The notes under the pieces: model-generated | The model's input: only the letters and a program-made list of their open reading frames with translations | Told to the model about the DNA's origin: nothing | Databases searched by the model: none | Virus record (IMG/VR): IMGVR_UViG_3300048597_000042 | Coordinates: 1 to 61,902 of that record | Reading direction: 5' to 3' (one strand) | DNA length: 61,902 nt | DNA from: a virus | Lineage: Duplodnaviria; Caudoviricetes | Made by a program: the position numbers and the translations under genes | Shown: piece by piece, positions 20,475 through 28,060 of the stretch | Numbering within the stretch: position 1 is the stretch's first letter | Layout of the letters: each line of letters starts with the position of its first letter

Positions 20475-21443
20475 TTATTGGCCACGGATTATGCGGCCTT
20501 CTCTGACCGCCTCTTCTAACAACGCACGACGCTTTTTATACACCGTAAGGTCGATCTTTCCAGATCGAAAATCTTCGCTTAGACGCTTACTGTCAGATTC
20601 TTTAAAGAAAGGCTTCTTACCTTGCACTAATCGAGTAGACGCCGTAACTTGAGGGTTTGCTGCGGTAGTACTAGGCCCGCGCATTGAAGCTGTAGCATCG
20701 GGGACTTCAGCATTAAACCCTTCAAATATACTTACGACAGCTTCAAGATCACGGTTTTCGTGCGCAAGGTCGAAGATTTGTTTACGGCTTAAACCAGTTC
20801 CGGGAACCCGCTCGCTCAGATACCTCACAAAAGCAGGATCTTTCGTGAGAGCCCTAGCGTTTGTAACTTTAGACTGGACAGAGTTAATGAACGCTGCCAT
20901 ATCATTCTTACTAGTAACGTTAGCCAGCTCTTTAAGCTGCCCGTCAAACTGAGACCCAAATTCTTTCAGGTGTTTCTTAACTATCTTTTCAATGACAGGC
21001 AAAGATTCGCCGTACACTTGACGCTCAGCGTCAGACAGCTCAATGTCTTTGTCACTAATTTCGAGCTTTTTAGACGTAACTTGCGTTTCTTTAGCAGTCG
21101 AAAGTTTGTCTATTTTTTCGTTTAACTCAAGAATAAGTTCCGTCAGTTCACGGTTTCGCTTACGCTGATCCGCAAGCTCGGCTACGTAATCAGGAACGCT
21201 TGTAGGAGGAACAGGAGGCGCGGCAGGAGAGGCGGCGACAGGAGCAGCGGCAGGGGCCGCTGGCGCTGGCGGAGTCTCAGTAATGGCTTCAGCAGCAGCC
21301 CATGGGTCTTCATCCGGGGTCGGGGCCTCGGTAGGCGGCGTTTCCGTAATCGCGGCCTTTGGCTCTTCCTCGGTCTTCGGTTGAACCGGAGTCATTGGCG
21401 AAAGAGTCCGCATATTTCTGATTGTCGCTGGTTTACCTGCCAT
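20475..21443 (-). CDS. scaffolding protein
   Basis: Pro/Ala/Glu-rich N-terminus, coiled coil, C-terminal AVREGRI; immediately upstream of the capsid gene. Confidence 0.78.
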   Translation of the reverse strand: MAGKPATIRNMRTLSPMTPVQPKTEEEPKAAITETPPTEAPTPDEDPWAAAEAITETPPAPAAPAAAPVAASPAAPPVPPTSVPDYVAELADQRKRNRELTELILELNEKIDKLSTAKETQVTSKKLEISDKDIELSDAERQVYGESLPVIEKIVKKHLKEFGSQFDGQLKELANVTSKNDMAAFINSVQSKVTNARALTKDPAFVRYLSERVPGTGLSRKQIFDLAHENRDLEAVVSIFEGFNAEVPDATASMRGPSTTAANPQVTASTRLVQGKKPFFKESDSKRLSEDFRSGKIDLTVYKKRRALLEEAVREGRIIRGQ

Positions 21444-21627
21444 TTGATAACTCTTTTTTCATCTCGTCTAAGATCTGAGCTTTACCTTGTATTGATTGTA
21501 TAACCTTATCGCCTGCGTACTTCCAGCCATCGAGCTTGGCTTCTTTATACGATAGATACTCTAAAAAAGATTTTAGACTTGGCGACCGTCTCAATTCGTT
21601 TACAAGATCTTGCTCTTTAGTATTCAT
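21433..21627 (-). CDS. small pre-scaffold protein
   Basis: 64 aa with IQGKAQILDE motif. Confidence 0.7.
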   Translation of the reverse strand: MNTKEQDLVNELRRSPSLKSFLEYLSYKEAKLDGWKYAGDKVIQSIQGKAQILDEMKKELSNGR

Positions 21628-21782
21628 CCCTTACGCTTACCGCAAGATTTGCAGCCACCACCCGACTTCATGCTTGAAGCCTTAGACTGAGCTGCACCGT
21701 GGCTGAAAAGGCTATGCTTCATCGGCGTTGCATGTCCTGCCGTATTCGTCTTAGCTTCTTTCTTTTTGTCACCGTACTTCAT
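21624..21782 (-). CDS. 52-aa basic protein, below the ORF-track cutoff
   Basis: MKYGDKKKEAK...GGGCKSCGKRKG; fills the gap exactly, with an ATGA overlap downstream. Confidence 0.65.
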   Translation of the reverse strand: MKYGDKKKEAKTNTAGHATPMKHSLFSHGAAQSKASSMKSGGGCKSCGKRKG

Positions 21783-21783
21783 A

Positions 21784-22194
21784 TTAAGTCCCATAGTTAG
21801 TGGTTGGTTTTGAATGCCGCAGTAAATCAGAAGGGTACGCGTCTACATAGACTTCTCCGACTCGTCCGGTCAGCACGGCCCTGTAGCGACCGCTTACGGA
21901 TAGCATATGCGATGGTCGCGATGGAGTCAATACAATAGCTGCTCCCTCGGGCGTTACCGCAGGAGCGTAGTAGGTACCGGACCCCGACCCCGCGACCATT
22001 TGCAGGGCTACTTGTTCTCCAGAGAGTAAGTTAAACGCACGCACAGTGTACGGCTTATTAACTACAGCAAACACATGCGATGACAGCTCTGTACTGTCAG
22101 GACCGAACAGAATACGAGAGTCGCCGTTTAGTGCTTCTTCCGCAATTGATAGCGAGCCACCCGGCAGTGAATTAACAATCTGTCCAATACTCAT
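21784..22194 (-). CDS. virion protein; standalone copy of the N-terminal domain of the two appendage proteins
   Basis: KPYTVRAFNL...SGRYRAVLTG matches EPVKIAAFGL...SGRYRL. Confidence 0.7.
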   Translation of the reverse strand: MSIGQIVNSLPGGSLSIAEEALNGDSRILFGPDSTELSSHVFAVVNKPYTVRAFNLLSGEQVALQMVAGSGSGTYYAPAVTPEGAAIVLTPSRPSHMLSVSGRYRAVLTGRVGEVYVDAYPSDLLRHSKPTTNYGT

Positions 22195-22204
22195 ACTGCA
22201 ATCC

Positions 22205-22699
22205 TTAAGTAAGGTCCGTAACTACTGCTACGCGCTCGCTACCGTCCATAGTAGCTGTTACTCTGTTTTTCGCATCTATTAAATCTCTAAACCTTACTAC
22301 AGGGCTTGGGCCGCTTGTATCTATTACAGTCTTGCCTGCTGCTACTGAAACTAGAACGCGAAGCACTTGCTTTAGCGATACACCCGGTTCTATTTCAGCT
22401 TCTAGCACAGCACCTGTGACATCGGTTTGAGAAAGACTATTTACTTTACCTACGGCTCCCATTGTCGCTATAGCTTGCATTCTTGCTAAAGGACTAAAAG
22501 CTACGGATGCTCCTACAGCAAAAATCTTTCTGCCTTGAGTAGCCCTAGCTAGCGGACTAAAAGCAACCGCTGTACCTACCGCATCTAACCTAGCTAGTGC
22601 GCGCATTTCCGCAGGAATGGACGGCGCTATGTACGTACCTACTGCTGTCGCGCAGGCGGGACCATAAAACTGTAATGCAAATGTAGACGCCAGCGGCAT
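22205..22699 (-). CDS. putative virion/fibre accessory protein
   Basis: Internal repeat AVG..VAFSPLAR; C-terminal SLKQVLRVL..VAAGK..FRD. Confidence 0.65.
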   Translation of the reverse strand: MPLASTFALQFYGPACATAVGTYIAPSIPAEMRALARLDAVGTAVAFSPLARATQGRKIFAVGASVAFSPLARMQAIATMGAVGKVNSLSQTDVTGAVLEAEIEPGVSLKQVLRVLVSVAAGKTVIDTSGPSPVVRFRDLIDAKNRVTATMDGSERVAVVTDLT

Positions 22700-23319
22700 T
22701 AGTCAGCTTCTACTGCAAAATCGATAATCCACGTTAAAGCTCCTACGGTACCGGCACCGACTTGCTTAACTGCTACGCCTTGATCCGGACGCAGCGCCAT
22801 CGGACGGCTGTAAGGGTGCAAAGCCGGAAGAATGTTTTTATGATGCAAGTACATATTTGTATTCGTCGCCACCGCCGTATTTTCTTCTGACGATTGCACT
22901 AGCGGTAGGATTATAGTCGAGTCTGTTAATCCGGCTGTTGCGGTGTGGCCTGCAATTACATTGGCAAGTGCCGGATCGTCGCTATTGAAAGCATACGGAG
23001 TAATTGCAGTCAGAGTAGGTGTTCCAGTAACACGACGAAAATCGAATTGGTTAATGACGCCGGTAACAGAAGTTACGTTAACGTTCATCATGTACAGCCC
23101 AAGCAAGTATAGAGTTTGTGCACTGCCTGAGTTATTACGTAAGACGATATGGTACTTGTTAGCGGCTGGGACTATGTTAGCGGCGAGCACTCTGAATGTC
23201 GGCAAGCCGTCAAAAAACACGCCTTGGCTATGCAACGTATCCGATCCGGCAACGTAAGTACGCATTGCCAGTTTATCGCCAATAGAATCAGGTGGGACTT
23301 GTGTGAATGAACGGCCCAT
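22699..23319 (-). CDS. putative virion protein
   Basis: 206 aa, beta-rich, coupled. Confidence 0.65.
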   Translation of the reverse strand: MGRSFTQVPPDSIGDKLAMRTYVAGSDTLHSQGVFFDGLPTFRVLAANIVPAANKYHIVLRNNSGSAQTLYLLGLYMMNVNVTSVTGVINQFDFRRVTGTPTLTAITPYAFNSDDPALANVIAGHTATAGLTDSTIILPLVQSSEENTAVATNTNMYLHHKNILPALHPYSRPMALRPDQGVAVKQVGAGTVGALTWIIDFAVEAD

Positions 23320-23762
23320 TAATCCTCCGCAAAAACTAAAGTGCCTGCTGGAAACAGCGGTGTAATGAGCGCCGCTACTACTATAGGCACTGATAGCGAC
23401 GTTTTTCGTAGTATCTGTCCAGTACTAGGGCTACTAGTGGAGACGTGCGTTATAGTTTCTGTTCCTACAAAAGCCGGATCACATTCTGGAAACGTTATCT
23501 GCGCGGTATTTTTGTAGGCGCTACCTGTAGGACTAGCTGCGTACGGTACAGTACTGTCTGAAATAGTCCAGCCAGCGGCGTCACGAGAGACTAACACAGA
23601 TGTATACCCAAGATACGTCGCTGCGCTAGTAGCAGGTGTGCCTGCTTCGCCCGGATCGGCAGTATGTAAGTTTACCTGAAGGTTAGCCCCGTATGCCGGC
23701 ATAGCAACGGCGTTAGCTTCAAACTTAACAAAGTCGTTTTCAGTAGCGTTCGACTTACTCAT
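23319..23762 (-). CDS. putative fibre-associated virion protein
   Basis: MSKSN..EN...LHTADPGEAG...ITFPEC...FPAGTL pattern seen in phage structural proteins. Confidence 0.7.
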   Translation of the reverse strand: MSKSNATENDFVKFEANAVAMPAYGANLQVNLHTADPGEAGTPATSAATYLGYTSVLVSRDAAGWTISDSTVPYAASPTGSAYKNTAQITFPECDPAFVGTETITHVSTSSPSTGQILRKTSLSVPIVVAALITPLFPAGTLVFAED

Positions 23763-23763
23763 G

Positions 23764-24018
23764 TTACCATCCACTAGGAAAATAAGAATTACTACTGCCG
23801 CCGGTACCGGCTGTTACAGACACCACGGTTTTAGTAGGCGAATCGGAAACAGTCACGCCAGAGCCGGTAAAATTAATTACCGGCCTAGACGGCAGTGGAA
23901 CGTCGTTAAACTGTATATCATGCCCGGAAAAACTGAGAGGTAACGACAGTTTACAAAGCTCTACCAAGACATCGTAGTCTAGATTGTATGTTTTTGCTAG
24001 AGCCCGTATATCTGCCAC
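23764..24018 (-). CDS. hypothetical virion protein
   Basis: INFTGSGVTV motif; C-terminal NSYFPSGW. Confidence 0.6.
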   Translation of the reverse strand: MADIRALAKTYNLDYDVLVELCKLSLPLSFSGHDIQFNDVPLPSRPVINFTGSGVTVSDSPTKTVVSVTAGTGGSSNSYFPSGW

Positions 24019-24024
24019 AACAAA

Positions 24025-24285
24025 TTACTCCCAAATTATGTCTAAAATACGTTGCCACTTTGACTGTAACTGTTTTACATCTTCTTTATTTTTATGCGCT
24101 CGCTTACGAGCCGCTGCAACCTCAGAAGGTATAAACAATAAAGGCACCATAGCGCCAGATGTCTCTCGCAAATACGCACTAACGAGTACGTCGCTAGAAA
24201 ACAAAACTGGCGGAGCTTTATCGCTATCGACGGGTACGAACTTGTTAGGTATTGTGTCTCGTATGTCTATCACACTGCGGCTCAT
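24025..24285 (-). CDS. hypothetical protein
   Basis: 86-aa ORF in a packed operon. Confidence 0.6.
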   Translation of the reverse strand: MSRSVIDIRDTIPNKFVPVDSDKAPPVLFSSDVLVSAYLRETSGAMVPLLFIPSEVAAARKRAHKNKEDVKQLQSKWQRILDIIWE

Positions 24286-24288
24286 AAG

Positions 24289-25341
24289 TCACCTATGAAT
24301 GCGCCCACCAAAGAATTCACCAAACCAGTCTATTTCGGTTGCGGCGATGCCAACAACGCTTATGTCTGCGCGGCCTTCAGTTGTGTTAGCTTGAAGAGTG
24401 CAAGTTACGCCGCTCAGCCCCGCTTCTATGTTCGACGCTATTGTAGTTGAATGCACAAGACTCGTTGTGCTTGGGCCTGCGCCGCGCTTGAATACACACC
24501 AAAAAAGCCACCCGGCAGTTTCCCCTGTAGAGCTACGAGCTACAACCCATACAAGGCCAGACCACGTACTATTGTCTAACAAACCGTTAGTGTTTACGAC
24601 GATTTCGTCCGGCAAAAGCCTGTCACTCGTCAAGACGGTAGGTGTTGTGTCGTTAGTTTGTTTTTGGACCGGCAATCCGAAATGCTGATTATCTCCTGAT
24701 ACCGTTCGGAATGCTCCAGACCATGCGTGTGCGTGTGCGGTGTTGCCTGTTTGGGCATTAAATCCACCGGGTACCCAACTACCTACGCCTCCCGCACTGT
24801 TGAAAGCACCGCCGCTAACTGTTGCGTAGTTTCCGATAGCGGTATTATTGTAGCCGCCACCAACTGTACTAGACAAACTAGTGGCTGAGTTATTGGTGCC
24901 CCCACTAACAGTGCTGGTGTTGCCTACAGCGGCGTTGCTACTGCCGCCACCGACAGTAGCGGCAGTGTTGTTGGCAAGATTACTAAAACCTCCACCAACG
25001 GTGCTGCCGGAATCACTGGCAGTGTTAGAGCCGCCGCCGCCGACGGTGCTCCCGAAGCCGCTGGCGGTGTTGGTTTGGCCGCCGCCGACGGTGCTGAGTG
25101 GGCCGCTGGCGGTGTTTTCGGAACCGCCCGCAACAGTGGTGCTGTCGCCGCTGGCGGTGTTGTCGAAGCCGCCGCCGACGGTGCTCCAACTACCGCTGAC
25201 GGTGTTTTCGGAACCGCCACTTACGACAGCGCATTCGCCCGTGGCAGTATTGCCTTCGCAGACGCCGGGACCAAACTCGTCAGTTCCTTCGCCACCCTCG
25301 CCACCGGGATTATATATTACGCCTTTTTGAGAGACTGACAT
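24289..25341 (-). CDS. fibre/adhesin with 14-residue beta-roll repeats (YadA-head-like)
   Basis: About 12 repeats of N-T-A-S-G-x-x-S-T-V-G-G-G-x. Confidence 0.8.
   Translation of the reverse strand: MSVSQKGVIYNPGGEGGEGTDEFGPGVCEGNTATGECAVVSGGSENTVSGSWSTVGGGFDNTASGDSTTVAGGSENTASGPLSTVGGGQTNTASGFGSTVGGGGSNTASDSGSTVGGGFSNLANNTAATVGGGSSNAAVGNTSTVSGGTNNSATSLSSTVGGGYNNTAIGNYATVSGGAFNSAGGVGSWVPGGFNAQTGNTAHAHAWSGAFRTVSGDNQHFGLPVQKQTNDTTPTVLTSDRLLPDEIVVNTNGLLDNSTWSGLVWVVARSSTGETAGWLFWCVFKRGAGPSTTSLVHSTTIASNIEAGLSGVTCTLQANTTEGRADISVVGIAATEIDWFGEFFGGRIHR
24780..25245. repeat. 42-bp degenerate coding tandem repeat
   Basis: GCCGCCGCCGACGGTGCT...GCCGCTGGCGGTGTT recurs at a 42-bp period; boundaries approximate. 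Confidence 0.85.
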
Positions 25342-25694
25342 TATTTACTCTCCACAGATGTGCCAAGTACTACGCCAGCTTGCATATCTATATTCCAATC
25401 GCCATGGACCGCGGCGCGTACTTGCCATTCTCCGCCTAGTTCTATTGTGCCAGAAAACCCATTTTCGGTTTGCGTGCTTTCAGTAAACCAACCTGCTTCG
25501 TTGTCAGGCCATGGTTCGCCGTCAAAATTAAAATACGGACGGATTTGTAAGGCTACTGCGGCAGGCAGAGCTGTATACACACCCCCGACAGGTAAACCAG
25601 CAGCAAACAAAGTGGCCTGCCCGTTCACTAGCCTTAGAGGTTTTGTAGCTCGATTAGCGAGGGAGATAATTTCGTAGCTTTCATTACTGGACAT
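25341..25694 (-). CDS. hypothetical virion protein
   Basis: ATG at 25694 with AAAGGA RBS. Confidence 0.7.
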   Translation of the reverse strand: MSSNESYEIISLANRATKPLRLVNGQATLFAAGLPVGGVYTALPAAVALQIRPYFNFDGEPWPDNEAGWFTESTQTENGFSGTIELGGEWQVRAAVHGDWNIDMQAGVVLGTSVESK

Positions 25695-25704
25695 GTAGTT
25701 TCCT

Positions 25705-26292
25705 TTATAGTAGGTTGGTAAGATTACGCAAATTGTTCCTTTTAAAGTCTCGTATAGGTAACGTAGTAGTAGCGTTACCCCCATGCAAACTGCGGTGCAG
25801 GAGTTGTTCTTTTACTATTGTTCCTGTATGGTGCTTAGTAAGAGCCAGCCATAAAATTGCATCTTCCATGTATCGCGTTTTATTTAAGATAGGGTAGTAC
25901 TGTTCTACTACTTTTCTTTTTACTATTTTAAACCCTTGAAAGTAGCGTAGTCTTTTTCTAGCTATACTGTAGTTTAGCGAGTCCGGTATAATGCCTACTT
26001 CTGGAAAATTTCCGTCTATACTGTACGCAGATATTGCAAAATCGTTGTCGCCTATAGCGTCTAGTATAGTGTCTACTGCCCCCGGATAGAGGTAGTCGTC
26101 GTCATCTAAAAAAGTTACGTACTTATTACGCCCTTTAGAAAAACCCTGAACTCTTAGTTCACCAAAATGCGGGTCTTTACGCCCAGTAACTACATGGATA
26201 TTTACTTTAGGGTGTCTTAGTGAATCCGCGCATCTTTCAAACAGCTCAGGTTTAGATAACGAATGGTACCGTATTACGTGCGCGTCGATCAT
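25705..26292 (-). CDS. glycosyltransferase family 2 (GT-A fold)
   Basis: R.QGFSKG..KYVTFLDDDDYLYPGA (DxD motif) and MEDAILWL acceptor-base motif. Confidence 0.85.
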   Translation of the reverse strand: MIDAHVIRYHSLSKPELFERCADSLRHPKVNIHVVTGRKDPHFGELRVQGFSKGRNKYVTFLDDDDYLYPGAVDTILDAIGDNDFAISAYSIDGNFPEVGIIPDSLNYSIARKRLRYFQGFKIVKRKVVEQYYPILNKTRYMEDAILWLALTKHHTGTIVKEQLLHRSLHGGNATTTLPIRDFKRNNLRNLTNLL

Positions 26293-26423
26293 ACTCTTGC
26301 AGTGCAAAAACCTAAAAAGAACATCATCACTAAACACAAAGTTATGCGCCAGCCTATACAAACAGCGCAGTCTGTACCTATAGTAAAGAAGTTATACGCT
26401 AAAACTCCGATTTTATTTAGCAT
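26289..26423 (-). CDS. 44-aa small membrane protein with CxxC
   Basis: MLNKIG...TDCAVCIGWRITLCLVMMFFLGF; ATGA overlap with the GT2 start. Confidence 0.55.
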   Translation of the reverse strand: MLNKIGVLAYNFFTIGTDCAVCIGWRITLCLVMMFFLGFCTARV

Positions 26424-26425
26424 AA

Positions 26426-28051
26426 TTAAGGTGTCACAGTACCAGTTAATGTCACAGAGTTGTTTGCTGGATCGGCGTCGCCAGCACCCCACACTAAATC
26501 CTGCACACTAAACGATTGCGACCAAGGGTCTGTGTCAATACTTCGGCCCACGACTGGCATACGTATAAACACTTGTCCACCGGGCGGAATTGGCAAGAGA
26601 GTGTAAACGCCGGCAAAATCGCCGTAAGGAACAGAGACTGTAGCGCCCGTCCAACTGTACGTAACAAAGACTACCGGGCTTACGTCCGGATGTGGGTCTA
26701 AATACGGTATCGGTGCTACTGCGGATATTTGCGGTTGTGTAGCTGTGTTGTTGCCAAAGTTTGTAACTACGAAGTTAAATTCGCTTACATCAGTAGCAGC
26801 AATAGCTGCCGGATAGCTTAAAGTAACTATTGCCAAATCCAAGTAATTCACGCCAACAAACACGGTCGCGGATGCTGTGCGGTTTCCCGTAACTGTGTAT
26901 ATGTCTGGAGGCGTCGCAGTGACTACGTTATCGAAACTACCTAAAGCGCTAGAGCCGAAAGTCGTAGTGATCTGCACGGACCCGCCCGATGGGATATCAA
27001 CAAAAAACCCTCTCGAAAGCTGGTTCCTGTTGACCGTAGCAGGGCCAGATGCGCCGCCAGAGTATACTACTGGGAAAGGGCCAAACCCAACAAACGATGC
27101 CGGTATTACATCCGTAACTAAACAGTCGGTTAGTAAATCAGGCCCGCTGTTTCCTATAGTTATAGTATACGTAATCGCTTGGCCTTGAATGACCACTGGC
27201 GTATTAGCGACCTTAGTTACAGTCAGCGCAACTTCAGGAGTGCAGTCAGCAGTGCAGATATACTGCGCTACTGCATCCATGTCTACGTAGGTTAGACAGT
27301 TATCGGGGTCTAAAGCAACTAAACGTAAAGGCAGCGGATCGCGCGTTTGCTGTATATTAGCACCTAAACCACACGCAGTAAGCTCAGAACTTAGGTTAAC
27401 GTAAAGCCCGTCCGGCCTAGCTTCAACTAAGTTGCCTTCATAGCCTGATATTTTAACAGCCGATAACAGATACCGCACAACACTTGGCGGTGATGGATCA
27501 GCAACTGTATGGTCTATAGTAGTTGAATCAGAGGCATTTATTATGCCGGCGTTCGTTATTCTCCAAGTCACCCCATTGAGCTGGTTGACTTGTATGCCCG
27601 GACCGGCGACTAGCCCAAAAGGCGGGGGCTGTAAGCACTCACACAATTTACGCAAACCTTCAGCTAGGACTTCATTTGCCCACTCGTGGGTCATGCTAAA
27701 CTGCCACCAAAAGCAGTGCATGTTTCCGTGCGTGCCTTCAAACCGCAGTCTATACCTACCTGACTTACCTAAAACTAATTCATTTTTATCGGATGTAAGC
27801 CGCAAGCTACCATCGAGCGGTTTGTAGGCTTCAAAATTATCGCCCGAGCTTTCGCCGACAAGATGCAGAACTTCTATGAACTCGTCTGTGTCAAGCCCAA
27901 ACGCGATTATTTTAACCGGCTCTCTGTCTACTGCTATGTTTGCAGAAAACTCAGAGGTTGAGTTTGGCGAAAACGCCATAGCAAACGGCTGGCGTTCTGC
28001 GCCAGCCGCATACACAGTAGATGTAGGGAACGTAGACTTAGGGTTAGCCAT
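26426..28051 (-). CDS. virion appendage protein with DUF11/Ig-like domains
   Basis: LTVTK...GQAITYTITIGNSGPD...VTDVIP and DLAI...VVTNFG...DADPANNS are DUF11-type signatures. Confidence 0.78.
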   Translation of the reverse strand: MANPKSTFPTSTVYAAGAERQPFAMAFSPNSTSEFSANIAVDREPVKIIAFGLDTDEFIEVLHLVGESSGDNFEAYKPLDGSLRLTSDKNELVLGKSGRYRLRFEGTHGNMHCFWWQFSMTHEWANEVLAEGLRKLCECLQPPPFGLVAGPGIQVNQLNGVTWRITNAGIINASDSTTIDHTVADPSPPSVVRYLLSAVKISGYEGNLVEARPDGLYVNLSSELTACGLGANIQQTRDPLPLRLVALDPDNCLTYVDMDAVAQYICTADCTPEVALTVTKVANTPVVIQGQAITYTITIGNSGPDLLTDCLVTDVIPASFVGFGPFPVVYSGGASGPATVNRNQLSRGFFVDIPSGGSVQITTTFGSSALGSFDNVVTATPPDIYTVTGNRTASATVFVGVNYLDLAIVTLSYPAAIAATDVSEFNFVVTNFGNNTATQPQISAVAPIPYLDPHPDVSPVVFVTYSWTGATVSVPYGDFAGVYTLLPIPPGGQVFIRMPVVGRSIDTDPWSQSFSVQDLVWGAGDADPANNSVTLTGTVTP

Positions 28052-28060
28052 TGTGCTACC

